Positions 47,175 through 57,391 of a DNA stretch of 64,000 nucleotides are shown here, piece after piece. How positions within the stretch are numbered: the stretch's first letter is position 1; each line of letters begins with the position of its first letter. The notes under the pieces are model-generated. The model did not search any database, was not told the origin of the DNA, and saw nothing but the letters and a program-made list of their open reading frames with translations. The DNA is from Pseudomonadota bacterium (GTDB lineage Bacteria > Pseudomonadota > Gammaproteobacteria > Pseudomonadales > Halieaceae), in contig JBCDGU010000014.1 of the NCBI GenBank assembly GCA_038750875.1, positions 7,776 to 71,775 on the forward strand, in the 5' to 3' direction. The position numbers and the translations under genes are program-made.

Positions 47175-49331
47175 TTGAAACTTGTTCCTGGAATCGCCCT
47201 GACGACCACCATCATTACTGCGGCTACCGCTCTCGCCGACACCGAAGTCGCTAATGACGGCGTTCCCGGTCCCGAGCAGGACCCCTACATCTGGCTCGAA
47301 GAGGCCCGCAGCGAAAGGGCGCTTGCGTGGGTCGAGAGTGAAAATGAACGCACGCTCGGCGTGCTCGAAGCTGATCCGCGCTTCGCTACCCTCAAGTCTG
47401 AGGCGCTGGAGATACTCGACAGCGAGGACCGTATCCCTTACATCAGCTTTCGCCCCGACGGGCTCTACAATTTCTGGCAGGACAAGGCGAACCCCAAGGG
47501 ACTCGTGCGTCGCACCAGCCTCGAAAGCTACCGAACCGATAGCCCGGAATGGGAAACCGTTCTCGACGTAGACGCGCTGGCCGCAGCCGAGGGCAAAGAG
47601 TGGGTGTACAAGGGCTCCAGCTGCCTGCCGCCAGCACTCACCCGATGCATGATCTACTTATCTGATGGCGGTGAGGATGCGACCATCGCCCGCGAATTCG
47701 ATACTTCGATCAAACAGTTTATCGAGGATGGCTTCGTCTTAGAGGACAAGAGTCAGGGTAGCGTCAGCTGGGTCGATGAAGGCACGTTACTGGTCAGCCG
47801 CGATTTCGGCGAAGGTACGCTGACGGACAGCGAATACCCGTTCACCACGCGAGTGTGGAAGCGCGGCACTTCAATCGAGGACGCTGACGAAATCTTTCGC
47901 GGTGAAGCCAGCGATGTCTCTGCCGGCGCATACATGCTCCGCGACGCCGACGATATGATCCACGCGACCCTGGGATACCGTGGAGTCAGTTTTCATGAGC
48001 GCGAATATTTCTGGCTCAACCCGGAAAACTACAAGTGGGTGAAGCTTGATATTCCCAAAATGGCCAGTCCCTACGGCATAGTGGATGGCCACATCCTTTA
48101 TTCGACCGATGTCGACTGGGAAGTCGATGGCCTAAGCTTCCCGGCTGACAGCCTGATAGCGATGGATCTCGAGGAGTGGAAGGCCAATCCGAACGCGGCC
48201 GCGAAGACGCTGGTCTGGGCCCCGGGCGAGCGTCAGACCAAGCGCGGCGGAGCTATCACCGCGGGTGGGCTCTATATCGGTCTTCTCGACAATGTCGTCG
48301 GCAAGGTACTCAAGGTCAATTTCAGCGATGGCGCCTGGGTGAGCGAACAGGTCGCCCTGCCCGACAATGCAACCGTCGGCATCGCGGCGAGTTCGGATAA
48401 AACTGAGCAGATCATGTTCACCGTCACCGATTTCTTAAATCCAACGATGCTGTACTACGCCGACGGTAATGGTGACCCGAAAGTCATGAAAAAGAGTCCG
48501 GCGCGCTTCGATCCCAGCGGCATGGAGGTTGAGCAACACGAAGCCACCAGTAAAGACGGCACCAGAATTCCCTACTTCATCGTTAAGCCAAAGGGAATGA
48601 AGCTGGACGGCAGCACACCGACGTTGATGGGCGGCTACGGTGGCTTTCAGATACCGCGCCTTCCCAGATATCTAAATACAACGGGCAAACTTTGGCTCAG
48701 CCGTGGCGGGGCCTATGTGCTTGCCAATATCAGAGGTGGTGGCGAGTTTGGCCCGGGCTGGCACCAGACCGCGATTCGCGAAAACAAGCAACGCACCTGG
48801 GACGATTTCATTGCGGTGGGCGAAGACCTCATCAAACGCGGTGTAACTTCGCCCGAGCACCTCGGCATCCAGGGTGGTTCGCAGGGAGGCCTGCTGGTGG
48901 GTACCGCCTTCACTCAGCGCCCGGACCTATTCGGCGCCGCGATCGTACAGATCCCACTCTTCGACATGCTGCGTTATCACCTGATCGGGCGTGGAGCCTC
49001 ATGGATAGGCGAATACGGGGACCCGCGGATCCCAGAACAGCGCGCGTGGATTGAGGGCTATTCGCCATACCAAAAGATAGTAAAGGACGTGGACTACCCA
49101 ACGCCGTTCCTGTGGGCATCGACGGCCGATGATCGCACGCATCCAGCGCACGCTCGCAAGGGCGCCGCGAAGCTCAGGGAGCTCGGCCACGATTACTACT
49201 ATTTCGAGGACACTGTTGGCGGTCACTCAGGCGGGGTCGATAACGATCAGCGCGCAAAGCTGCAGGCCCTGCAGTATGTCTACCTCATGCAGCAGCTGAT
49301 GGATGCCCCGAGCGCGGAGCTCAGCAAGTAG
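47175..49331 (+). CDS. Prolyl oligopeptidase (S9A) family serine peptidase, secreted
   Basis: 718 aa with a TTG start after GGAGG and a signal peptide. It has the catalytic motif GGSQGGLLVG and a beta-propeller N-terminal half. Confidence 0.85.
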   Translation: MKLVPGIALTTTIITAATALADTEVANDGVPGPEQDPYIWLEEARSERALAWVESENERTLGVLEADPRFATLKSEALEILDSEDRIPYISFRPDGLYNFWQDKANPKGLVRRTSLESYRTDSPEWETVLDVDALAAAEGKEWVYKGSSCLPPALTRCMIYLSDGGEDATIAREFDTSIKQFIEDGFVLEDKSQGSVSWVDEGTLLVSRDFGEGTLTDSEYPFTTRVWKRGTSIEDADEIFRGEASDVSAGAYMLRDADDMIHATLGYRGVSFHEREYFWLNPENYKWVKLDIPKMASPYGIVDGHILYSTDVDWEVDGLSFPADSLIAMDLEEWKANPNAAAKTLVWAPGERQTKRGGAITAGGLYIGLLDNVVGKVLKVNFSDGAWVSEQVALPDNATVGIAASSDKTEQIMFTVTDFLNPTMLYYADGNGDPKVMKKSPARFDPSGMEVEQHEATSKDGTRIPYFIVKPKGMKLDGSTPTLMGGYGGFQIPRLPRYLNTTGKLWLSRGGAYVLANIRGGGEFGPGWHQTAIRENKQRTWDDFIAVGEDLIKRGVTSPEHLGIQGGSQGGLLVGTAFTQRPDLFGAAIVQIPLFDMLRYHLIGRGASWIGEYGDPRIPEQRAWIEGYSPYQKIVKDVDYPTPFLWASTADDRTHPAHARKGAAKLRELGHDYYYFEDTVGGHSGGVDNDQRAKLQALQYVYLMQQLMDAPSAELSK

Positions 49332-49642
49332 TCTTAACGCCGGATTTCAACTGCAGCGTCGGTTCGAGAATAGTTTTCAGCTGCTCAATGTCGCGTACAC
49401 AGAAGATCACGGTCATGTTCAGGTGACAGCGCAGACACCTGAAGTGAATCGACAACTTGAAGATAGGAGAGCAAAACAGAATCGTCAGCACACCTGATGC
49501 GCCCTAACTGTCGAGGCAGTTGGTTACTTCCGGTTGCAAGGGACGCTGGTTTCGCGCCAGTTTCAGTGCCCGGCGCTTGGACAAGAGTATTGCGTTACAG
49601 CTTGGAATTCACTTCAATTTGCCCGCGGGCGAATGGCTGTTA

Positions 49643-49694
49643 CTGGCCGAGGCCGTGTAAAAACTAGCTGGTAGTTTTACACGGCCTCGGCCAG
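49643..49694. repeat. Long perfect inverted repeat (20-bp stem)
   Basis: CTGGCCGAGGCCGTGTAAAA, a 12-nt loop, then TTTTACACGGCCTCGGCCAG, in the 495-bp non-coding gap before the GST gene. Confidence 0.85.
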
Positions 49695-49826
49695 GAGCGG
49701 ACCGTTGTGATCGATAGAGGGATATGCGTATTCAGTAGAAAATATACTTGGTGGCATCGCCCCAACTTAGTGACCCGCTGTCTTCCACGCTATATTCGAT
49801 GCAGGATGGGAAAAGAGTTTGCTCAG

Positions 49827-50447
49827 ATGAAACTGTTAGGCCAGCCAAAGTCAATAAACGTACGCAAAGTGCTATGGACTTGCGTCGAACTCGATCTTTC
49901 TTTGAAACGCGAAGACTGGGGCGGGGACACCCGCCCGACCTCCGATCCCGAATTTACTGCGATCAACCCGAAGAGGTTGGTCCCGGTACTGGTTGACGGC
50001 AACCACGTACTGACGGAGTCCAACACAACCTGTCGTTTTCTCACCGCCCGCGAAGGCCGGACTGACCTGTTGCCTGTTTCCGCCACCGGTCGTGCCGAAG
50101 TCGAAGCCTGGATGGATTGGCAGCTCTCGGAGTTGAACAACACCTGGCACGCTGCCTTCATGGGCCTGGTCCGCAGAAATCCAACCTATGCCGATCCGGA
50201 GGCGCAACTGGCCAGCATAGATAAATGGAACTCCGCGATGTCGCTGCTGGACGCGCAACTCACGTTAACCGGCGCTTTTGTTTGTGGCGACAGCTTCACC
50301 TTGGCAGACATTGTCCTTGCTCTTTCCACAAACCGATGGGAGATGACGCCTATGGAGCGTCCCGACCTGCCGGCTGTCAGAGCCTGGATGGGCCGCATGG
50401 TTGCACGGCCCGGATTCGCAGCCTACTGTCGCAACGGCGTCGCCTGA
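49827..50447 (+). CDS. Glutathione S-transferase
   Basis: I trimmed the start to ATG 49827 (MKLLGQPKSINVRKVLW...). The N-terminal thioredoxin-like and C-terminal helical domains follow the GST pattern. Confidence 0.8.
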   Translation: MKLLGQPKSINVRKVLWTCVELDLSLKREDWGGDTRPTSDPEFTAINPKRLVPVLVDGNHVLTESNTTCRFLTAREGRTDLLPVSATGRAEVEAWMDWQLSELNNTWHAAFMGLVRRNPTYADPEAQLASIDKWNSAMSLLDAQLTLTGAFVCGDSFTLADIVLALSTNRWEMTPMERPDLPAVRAWMGRMVARPGFAAYCRNGVA

Positions 50448-50695
50448 TTCGATGCTACGAGGTACCGGAGCAGCATGCTCCCCGCTTGCCTGGGGGACCC
50501 TGGCAACGATGATGAATCTCTTGGAGCGACATAGGCGACGGAATCGACAATAGAATCATCGCCGCAAGGGATTCAGGAATACTGGGATGGACTGCTACTA
50601 GACGAAAGTATTTCCGCTTGGTGCCGCGGGTTCTCGTATCGAGCATCTATCGCACCGAGTTGGGTGCGTTCACCAAGATGCCTTTGCAAGTCCGC

Positions 50696-51061
50696 CTATC
50701 CATAGCCTAAGTTACTTCCGAGGGTCGCGAGCGGGTACCACACCGCGGTAGGGTAGAAAATGCTCCCAGTAGCTGCAAAAAGCAGGAGGCTCATGAGGGC
50801 GTGTACATAAAACACTCTTGGGTTGGCGACAGCGTGACCCGAAACAATTACGAGTGTCGACGTAAGCGAGTTCTGCAGCCCAGTAATGCGCGCTTCGACC
50901 ACTCTCCACTGGTCCTTGAGGTACAGCAAGAGGAACATCAGCGCGACTTCGGCACCCAGGACTTCAGCCACCAACACGACTTCCAACGCGAAGGGCGCAA
51001 GCAGCAGTAGCACGGCGACACAAGCAAGTGTCTTCAACGTGCTTTTCTTTGGCGTGGGCAT
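50696..51061 (-). CDS. Hypothetical membrane protein (3-4 TM segments)
   Basis: 121 aa, hydrophobic, 4 nt downstream of the DUF4177 gene. I did not recognise a family. Confidence 0.45.
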   Translation of the reverse strand: MPTPKKSTLKTLACVAVLLLLAPFALEVVLVAEVLGAEVALMFLLLYLKDQWRVVEARITGLQNSLTSTLVIVSGHAVANPRVFYVHALMSLLLFAATGSIFYPTAVWYPLATLGSNLGYG

Positions 51062-51064
51062 TAT

Positions 51065-51250
51065 TTACCTTGGTCTCTTAAACACTGCGGTGTATACGCT
51101 TGCGCCTGTGAAAGTTGGCGAAACAATACTGACTAACTCCCAGCCTTGAGCGCCCTGTATGTTGAGTTTGTCCGTGAGCTCTTTAGGCTTCGGATTGCCT
51201 GTGAAGTGCTGTCGCTTATCAAAAGTAATGGTTTTGTATTCCCAGTTCAT
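51065..51250 (-). CDS. DUF4177 domain protein
   Basis: 61 aa: MNWEYKTITFDKR....LNIQGAQGWELVSIV, which fits the DUF4177 pattern. Confidence 0.6.
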   Translation of the reverse strand: MNWEYKTITFDKRQHFTGNPKPKELTDKLNIQGAQGWELVSIVSPTFTGASVYTAVFKRPR

Positions 51251-51795
51251 TAGCGGTTCTTACTCATGATTTTCAAACTTGTCCTTGAGCCACATAACAG
51301 CTGCGCAGCGAGACCGCACTCGTCACTTCGTGAACCAACATAGTGGTTTTCGGCTCCACCATAGGCTCCTTCAGCCTATCGAATCCCGTGGATGCTTGCC
51401 ACCAGCGTCCGCTCCTGGCCGATTGCGGCTGTTGCTAGGTGTGAAAACGAACGTCTGCTTTGGAGGAAGGCTCAATCTGATCGGGCACTACCTGTCAGGT
51501 GGGGTCTGAACTATTACAGCTAGGACCTGTCTGGCACTAGCTGAATAATGGGGTGCCCAATAGTTCTAGGGCCAATCTCTTTTTCGCCTATCAAAGCCCC
51601 AGGGCAACCGCCGTTAGCGCATACTCTCAAGGACATCGCCTAGCTGCTAAACGCGCCAGAACATTTGCTTCTACTCATTAGTAATCCGCCGCCCAATGGC
51701 TTGAAAGTGAGTCGCAGGCAGCGCCGCGTCAGCGTCAAGGACACATTCTTTGTGAGGTCAGCAAGCACTGGCTTGGCATCAACGGCGACCCCGTG

Positions 51796-52986
51796 TCACA
51801 TCCACGACAGTGCGCTTAGTGCAGATGCAACGCTGGTTCTATTCTTTGCGTTTAGCTCTTTTTGAGGGAGAAGGTACTTTGCTCTATCGAGCTGGCGATT
51901 CAGGGTGTTCCTGTGCAAACCCAATGCAGAAGCCGCTCTAGCGGCGTTTGAACCCTCCTCTAGGAAAACCCGAAGGCAGTCTCGAGTTGCACTAGGCGCA
52001 TCTAAGAGTCTACCCAGCGTATCTCTTAGGAAGCCACCGATCATCGGTTGCTCCAGAAGCATGTGTGCGAGGCGCACTTCGGTAAATGCCACCACGCTGC
52101 ATTTGCGCTCAGATCTAATTTGCATCCGTTGCGCCACTAGTGCCTCTTCATGAGTCCCTATGAAACCTTCGAGTCCCGACTTAAGCGTGCCCGCCGAAAT
52201 GTTCACGGCCTCAACGGGCGCGCATTCAGACACATCAATCTCTACTGCGCTAGGAGTCCAGAGCCACAGGGTGGAGGCAGTAGCATTGATACGCAGCGCA
52301 GACCTTTTTCCCCCGAGAAGTTCAATCCGATCCGCCGCTAAGTGAAGTCGATCGGAATCAACATCGTCGAAACGGCTCCACACAATAAACGCCTGATGAC
52401 TTCGATCAATAGAGTAGTCGAGCTTCGCTGCAGCTTGGCCGGGCTCCAGGAGTTCCCTATTGAGTATGGCTTGCACGGTTTTGAAACGTAGGTTTACGGA
52501 AGGTTGGGCGAGGGCAATGCGCTCCTCATCCACCATGTATGCCAGCATGGTGATTGAACGCTGTGAATAGTCATTGATCTGTTTTGCGGAGAACTCCAGT
52601 AGTTGTTCAAGCGCCTCTTTACTTCCCGTCAACGTGAAGGTGAGCTTCATCCAGGCTTGCCAGGCAGCAATCTGGCTCGCTCGATAAACGTTCAAGATCG
52701 CCTCAGGCTTTCCTTTTCGAAGTTGTTCTCTGATCTGTGTTCTTATCTCGGGATCTATGTAGGGTTCCACCGGATCCAATGGGTTTTTGATGATGGATGC
52801 AGCGAAATGTGTCGTGCTCAGAAGGGTGTACTTTCGGATCGCGGCCACCGTGCCTGGATCATCCGCTATGTCAAAGAGACCGGAAACCGTCTCCACTAAC
52901 TCCGATTCCCAGGTTGTGTCGAAGTCGAGTGCCCGTCTTGCACCCATCCTCATTAGCTCTGCCAGCTGATCTCGCTCGTCAGTCAT
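51796..52986 (-). CDS. PucR/CdaR-family transcriptional regulator
   Basis: It has a C-terminal HTH (CLRVFLEEGSNAARAASALGLHRNTLNRQLDRA). I trimmed the start to ATG 52986 (MTDERDQLAEL). Confidence 0.75.
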   Translation of the reverse strand: MTDERDQLAELMRMGARRALDFDTTWESELVETVSGLFDIADDPGTVAAIRKYTLLSTTHFAASIIKNPLDPVEPYIDPEIRTQIREQLRKGKPEAILNVYRASQIAAWQAWMKLTFTLTGSKEALEQLLEFSAKQINDYSQRSITMLAYMVDEERIALAQPSVNLRFKTVQAILNRELLEPGQAAAKLDYSIDRSHQAFIVWSRFDDVDSDRLHLAADRIELLGGKRSALRINATASTLWLWTPSAVEIDVSECAPVEAVNISAGTLKSGLEGFIGTHEEALVAQRMQIRSERKCSVVAFTEVRLAHMLLEQPMIGGFLRDTLGRLLDAPSATRDCLRVFLEEGSNAARAASALGLHRNTLNRQLDRAKYLLPQKELNAKNRTSVASALSALSWM

Positions 52987-53017
52987 ATGTTCACTCTGCA
53001 CAAAAATAATCATAAAT

Positions 53018-53034
53018 ATGTTCAACGTGAACAT
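53018..53034. promoter_or_regulatory. Perfect 7-3-7 inverted repeat, an operator candidate between the PucR-type gene and the BVMO gene
   Basis: ATGTTCA-ACG-TGAACAT. A further ATGTTCAC half-site at 52987-52994 lies immediately upstream of the regulator's start codon. Confidence 0.5.
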
Positions 53035-53093
53035 ACCACTTGGGCAATGAAATTTTTACCATTTAGTTCAATTGGTAAGACGGGAGAGGTTCT

Positions 53094-54581
53094 GTGCGTT
53101 CACTCAGCGAGGATGTTTACGACGTCTTCATTATTGGGGCAGGTATATCGGGTATCGGCTGTGCTTGTCACCTGAAGGAGAAGCACCCGGGCAAGCGATG
53201 GGCAATACTAGAGTCAAGAGATGATCTCGGCGGAACTTGGGACCTGTTTAAGTACCCAGGAATACGCTCGGACTCCGATCTGTATACCTTTTCGTACAAG
53301 TTCCGACCCTGGTCGAGCCCAAATGCCATTGCCTCAGCGGAGGAGATCAAGTCGTATATGAATGATACCGTCGATCACTATGGAGTGAGAGACAGCATTC
53401 ACTATGGGCATCGCGTACTCGAGGTGGAATGGCAGAGTCATACCGCTCTTTGGATGCTTCTTTTGGACACTCCTCAGGGCCAAATCCGAGTCAAGTCTAA
53501 GTGGGTCTTCTCCGCCACTGGTTACTACGACTATCGCGAGGGCTATCGTCCTGAGTTTTTGAATGAGGAGCTCTTTCAAGGCGAAATTATTCATCCTCAG
53601 CTGTGGCCTGAGAAGCTCGACTACACGGGAAAAAAAGTCGTGGTTGTCGGAAGCGGCGCGACGGCGGTTACGCTAATCCCGGAGCTCGCGAAGCGCGCCG
53701 CCCATGTGACGCAGCTTCAGCGCACACCGAGCTACGTTCTTTCGCGTCCCAGGAAAGACCCCCTTGCAAGTGCCTTGAGCAAGATTGCGCCAGCAAAAGT
53801 GGTTCACTCGATCACGCGATGGAAGAATACCCGGCAACAGAGGCTTTTCTACGCTTTCTGCCAGCAATTCCCAGGCCTTGCGCGAAAGATGCTCACGAGC
53901 GGCGTGCGAAACCAGTTGCCGCCTTCGTACGATGTCGATCTGCATTTCAATCCGCCCTACGATCCATGGGATCAGCGACTTTGTGCAGTACCGGATGGGG
54001 ACTACTTCAAAGCGGTATCAAATGGTGCGGCATCCGTCGTCACCGGGGGTATCGAGCGGTTCACTGAAAATGGGATCGTGATGACGTCGGGAGCGAGTGT
54101 AGAGGCTGATATTGTCATTCTAGCCACGGGCCTGAAAGTGAAGCTGTTTGATGGAATACCCATCACCGTTGATGGCGCCCGAGTTTCAATTCCAGATTGC
54201 TTCGTGTACCGGGGTTGTATGCTGAGTGGTGTCCCGAATTTCAACTTTGCAATCGGCTACACAAACTCCTCCTGGACGTTGAAGGTCGATCTGGTCTGCG
54301 AGTACTTCTGCGACCTAATTTCGGAACTGGACAGCACCGGGGCAGCGATATGCGTTCCCAAGGGTCCGTCGTTGAACACGCAGTCGAAACCCTTGTTTGA
54401 TTTTCAGGCTGGGTACGTCAAGCGATCGGCCCACTTACTCCCCAAACAAGGCGATCAGTTCCCCTGGACGATGTCTTCAGACTACGTCTTGGATCAGCGC
54501 GAATTTACAAAAAAGCCGGCTCTCGGCGTAGATCTGACAATCCTGCCCAAGCCCGTCGTGTGCGCGGAGGCTACGGTTTGA
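53094..54581 (+). CDS. Type I Baeyer-Villiger (flavin-dependent) monooxygenase
   Basis: It has two Rossmann motifs (GAGISG, GSGATA) and the BVMO fingerprint FxGxxxHxxxWP, present as FQGEIIHPQLWP. Confidence 0.85.
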   Translation: MRSLSEDVYDVFIIGAGISGIGCACHLKEKHPGKRWAILESRDDLGGTWDLFKYPGIRSDSDLYTFSYKFRPWSSPNAIASAEEIKSYMNDTVDHYGVRDSIHYGHRVLEVEWQSHTALWMLLLDTPQGQIRVKSKWVFSATGYYDYREGYRPEFLNEELFQGEIIHPQLWPEKLDYTGKKVVVVGSGATAVTLIPELAKRAAHVTQLQRTPSYVLSRPRKDPLASALSKIAPAKVVHSITRWKNTRQQRLFYAFCQQFPGLARKMLTSGVRNQLPPSYDVDLHFNPPYDPWDQRLCAVPDGDYFKAVSNGAASVVTGGIERFTENGIVMTSGASVEADIVILATGLKVKLFDGIPITVDGARVSIPDCFVYRGCMLSGVPNFNFAIGYTNSSWTLKVDLVCEYFCDLISELDSTGAAICVPKGPSLNTQSKPLFDFQAGYVKRSAHLLPKQGDQFPWTMSSDYVLDQREFTKKPALGVDLTILPKPVVCAEATV

Positions 54582-55453
54582 AAGCTATCTTCGAGGACAA
54601 AGTGTGCGTGGTCACTGGCGCTGGCAGTGGCATAGGGCAGGCACTGGCTCTGGATTTGGGGTCTCGTGGGGCGAGGCTTGCGATCTCTGATATCAATCCC
54701 AAAGGGCTAGCGGAGACAGCAGATGCCCTGGAATCGAAAGGTGTGACTGTTCATTCCTCGCTGCTAAATGTGGCCGATCAAAATGCAATTTACGCTTATG
54801 CGAAAGCGGTAACTACGCATTTCGGCGATGTGCATCAGCTTTACAACAATGCGGGAATTAGCGGAATGGGCTCTCTCCTCGAGATGTCACCCGATGAGAT
54901 ACAGGCGGTTGTGGACATAAATCTCATGGGGGTTATTCATTGCTCTAAAGCTTTCATGCCGGTCTTAGAACGATCCGGCGCAGGCACAATTGTAAATCTC
55001 TCCAGCTTAAACGGTTTTGCGGGCACCCCTGGGTTATCAATTTACAGCGCCACCAAGTTCGGTGTGCGCGGGTTTTCTGATGCCCTTCGGGCTGATGCAA
55101 TGCTGGGCGGAAGTTCGCTCAAGATTGTTTGTGTTCACCCCGGAGGTATTCGCACAAACATTGCAAAGCCAAACTTCGAGAAGCTCCACCAATTTAGCGA
55201 GGATGAAGCGGCCGTCAAACGACGTCAGCTTGAGCTGTATGATCAAAAACTACTCAATTACCCGGCGAGTAGAGCGGCCGCGGATATTCTTGACGGAGTG
55301 GCCGCGGGTAAAGACCGCATCGTCATCACGAAGGAAGCAAAGCTCTTAGACTGGCTGACAAGGCTTTTGCCCGTGAGCTATTTGAAATTGCTGAACTGGA
55401 GTTACCCAGCTGACCTACGGCACGAAAGCAGACAGGTTCCTCAACAGCAGTGA
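54578..55453 (+). CDS. SDR-family oxidoreductase
   Basis: It has the TGAGSGIG and YSATKFG motifs. I propose TTG 54578, which has GGAGG 7 nt upstream and overlaps the BVMO TGA stop. The listed ORF starts at 54560. Confidence 0.85.
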   Translation: MKAIFEDKVCVVTGAGSGIGQALALDLGSRGARLAISDINPKGLAETADALESKGVTVHSSLLNVADQNAIYAYAKAVTTHFGDVHQLYNNAGISGMGSLLEMSPDEIQAVVDINLMGVIHCSKAFMPVLERSGAGTIVNLSSLNGFAGTPGLSIYSATKFGVRGFSDALRADAMLGGSSLKIVCVHPGGIRTNIAKPNFEKLHQFSEDEAAVKRRQLELYDQKLLNYPASRAAADILDGVAAGKDRIVITKEAKLLDWLTRLLPVSYLKLLNWSYPADLRHESRQVPQQQ

Positions 55454-55754
55454 TTAAACGGCCTTCATTTCTTGTTGCCTGAGGGACAGATGGCATCGTT
55501 GCCGTCACCGGGATCACTTTCAGCAGCACCGTTGCGAATACATTGGAAGGTCGTTGGACGCCCGCAACAATAACGATGGCTCTACAGCCCGCGAGCCCTC
55601 CTTATGCCCAATTAGAGAAGCAAGAGTTCGGTCAAACGCAGGCCTGACCAAACACTGCCCGCCGCACCAACAGCATGTAGCGCGCGTGCTATCTACATAA
55701 AAACAGAATCGTAAGGAAGTCTGTATCGACTGCGGCTGGACCTTCGTAGCGAAG

Positions 55755-56426
55755 ATGAGCTTTGGTGGCTTCAAGTTACGTGATAGCGTTGGCTCCATGG
55801 AAAGAGTTGCAAAAATTGGTTCTTCCCCGGCGCCCGATCTCACGCTTGTGGATGCAGAGGCGTCGGATGGAAGGCGTCGGCGAACTCAGAGAAGTCGCGA
55901 AAAGATAATCTCAGCGATGTTTCGCTTGATCAGTGGCGACGATCCATATCCGAGTGTTGTGGCCATAGCCAAAGAGGCTGGCGTAAGTAAGCGCACAGCG
56001 TTTCGTTTGTTCAGTGACCTCGACTCATTAATTATGGAAATGTCACAGCAGCTTAAGGACGAACTGCGACCCGTGATTTATGCGCCTTACGAATCCGAGA
56101 CATGGCGAGGCAAGGTTGGCGAGCTTGTTGATCGAAGAGCTATTGTGTTTGAGAAGGCAATGATTCTGAAACAGTCGGCTGACATTAGGCGCTTCCGCTC
56201 TAAATTCTTGATGAGCGATTACACGAATTTTGTCGAGAGAGAGAAGGCGACGCTCCTTGAATTACTCCCGGCGCGAGTCAAGCGGAATAGGTCAGTGACG
56301 GCCGCGTTGATGGCGGCGCTGAGTTTCCAGACATGGACCCAACTTCGGTTACAGCAGGGACTCTCCCCGAGGCAGGCAAAAGCCGCCATGCAGACTGCTA
56401 TGGAGGCCATTGTTGGGGGGTACTAG
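55755..56426 (+). CDS. TetR-family transcriptional regulator
   Basis: It has the HTH VVAIAKEAGVSKRTAFRLFSDLDSL. The start is uncertain. Confidence 0.7.
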   Translation: MSFGGFKLRDSVGSMERVAKIGSSPAPDLTLVDAEASDGRRRRTQRSREKIISAMFRLISGDDPYPSVVAIAKEAGVSKRTAFRLFSDLDSLIMEMSQQLKDELRPVIYAPYESETWRGKVGELVDRRAIVFEKAMILKQSADIRRFRSKFLMSDYTNFVEREKATLLELLPARVKRNRSVTAALMAALSFQTWTQLRLQQGLSPRQAKAAMQTAMEAIVGGY

Positions 56427-56744
56427 ATTCATGAGCCCGCCACTTCAAATTCCTCAGCAAGGCTGACTAACCCCTAGGCCCAACACTTGGTGCCGGAGTC
56501 GTTCTTCGGTTCGCGATCATTGAAAACCCGTTGCTTAGCCATTAAATTGTCGCGGTGCGTGACATAATGTCCAATTGCGCGCTTATGATCCCTGGCTTCA
56601 TTTCAATTCCGCCGGCTTAAGTCCGATTCCCTCCCATAGATAGGACGGGGGATGGCGTGACGACGGTTTTCTGATGTCTGCCCGTACCTAACCCAAGTGT
56701 GTGTTGCAGCACCCAAAATCCTAACGAGATAAAAGGATCCATCA

Positions 56745-57113
56745 ATGTCTTTCCAGATCATGGCCTACATCACCGCCGCAGCGGGTTTCCTCCTTGCGTT
56801 CACCTGGTTCTTTGCCGGCGGTAAGCTACTAAACAATTGGGGGATGGTTCCGCATCCGGACGGCCTATTTGTAGGGCGGCGAATGGGGGCCGTATACCTG
56901 GGGAATGCGATTATGCTGATCCTGGGGGCCTCCGCCCCTGCCTCAGAGTTGCGGACGGCGGTTTGTCTTGGCCTTTTCGTTTCTATGCTGTTATTGGCCG
57001 TGCTTGGTCTGGTAGAAATGCAGTCGGAGCGAGCCTCTAAATCAATATTGCCGGGTGTGTTAATAGAGATTGGGTTGGCAGCAGGTTTCCTGCTGGTTCT
57101 CTACGATGGTTGA
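56745..57113 (+). CDS. Hypothetical membrane protein (4 TM segments)
   Basis: 122 aa, hydrophobic. I did not recognise a family. Confidence 0.5.
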   Translation: MSFQIMAYITAAAGFLLAFTWFFAGGKLLNNWGMVPHPDGLFVGRRMGAVYLGNAIMLILGASAPASELRTAVCLGLFVSMLLLAVLGLVEMQSERASKSILPGVLIEIGLAAGFLLVLYDG

Positions 57114-57391
57114 AAGGGTACGTGCCTAATCCCGGTCCAAAGGGGCTGACGCTTCGTCTGTTAGCGCACAGACAATAACGCCATCCGCCTTTGTGCACCG
57201 CATTGATCAGTCAGCAGGCGCCCAGGTTGTTGCAGCTCTTTCAAGACTTGCACCGCTGCAGTGCTGCGGCTCATTGCGGTCCGTAATCTGCGTTTATTCG
57301 AAGTAAACTTGAGAATTGATCGTGGGCTTCTTGCGTTAGGGCCTGCCACATTTTTTTCAAGATAATTTAGACGCGATTTAGTCGGGTGTTG

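Noticed and set aside
47031-51429. Short shared motif CGCTCCTGGCCGA(A/T)(C/T)GCGGC at 47031-47050 and 51410-51429, possibly a dispersed intergenic repeat
   Set aside because: Only about 18 of 20 nt are shared and no homology extends into the flanks. That is too short to call a repeat family from one window.
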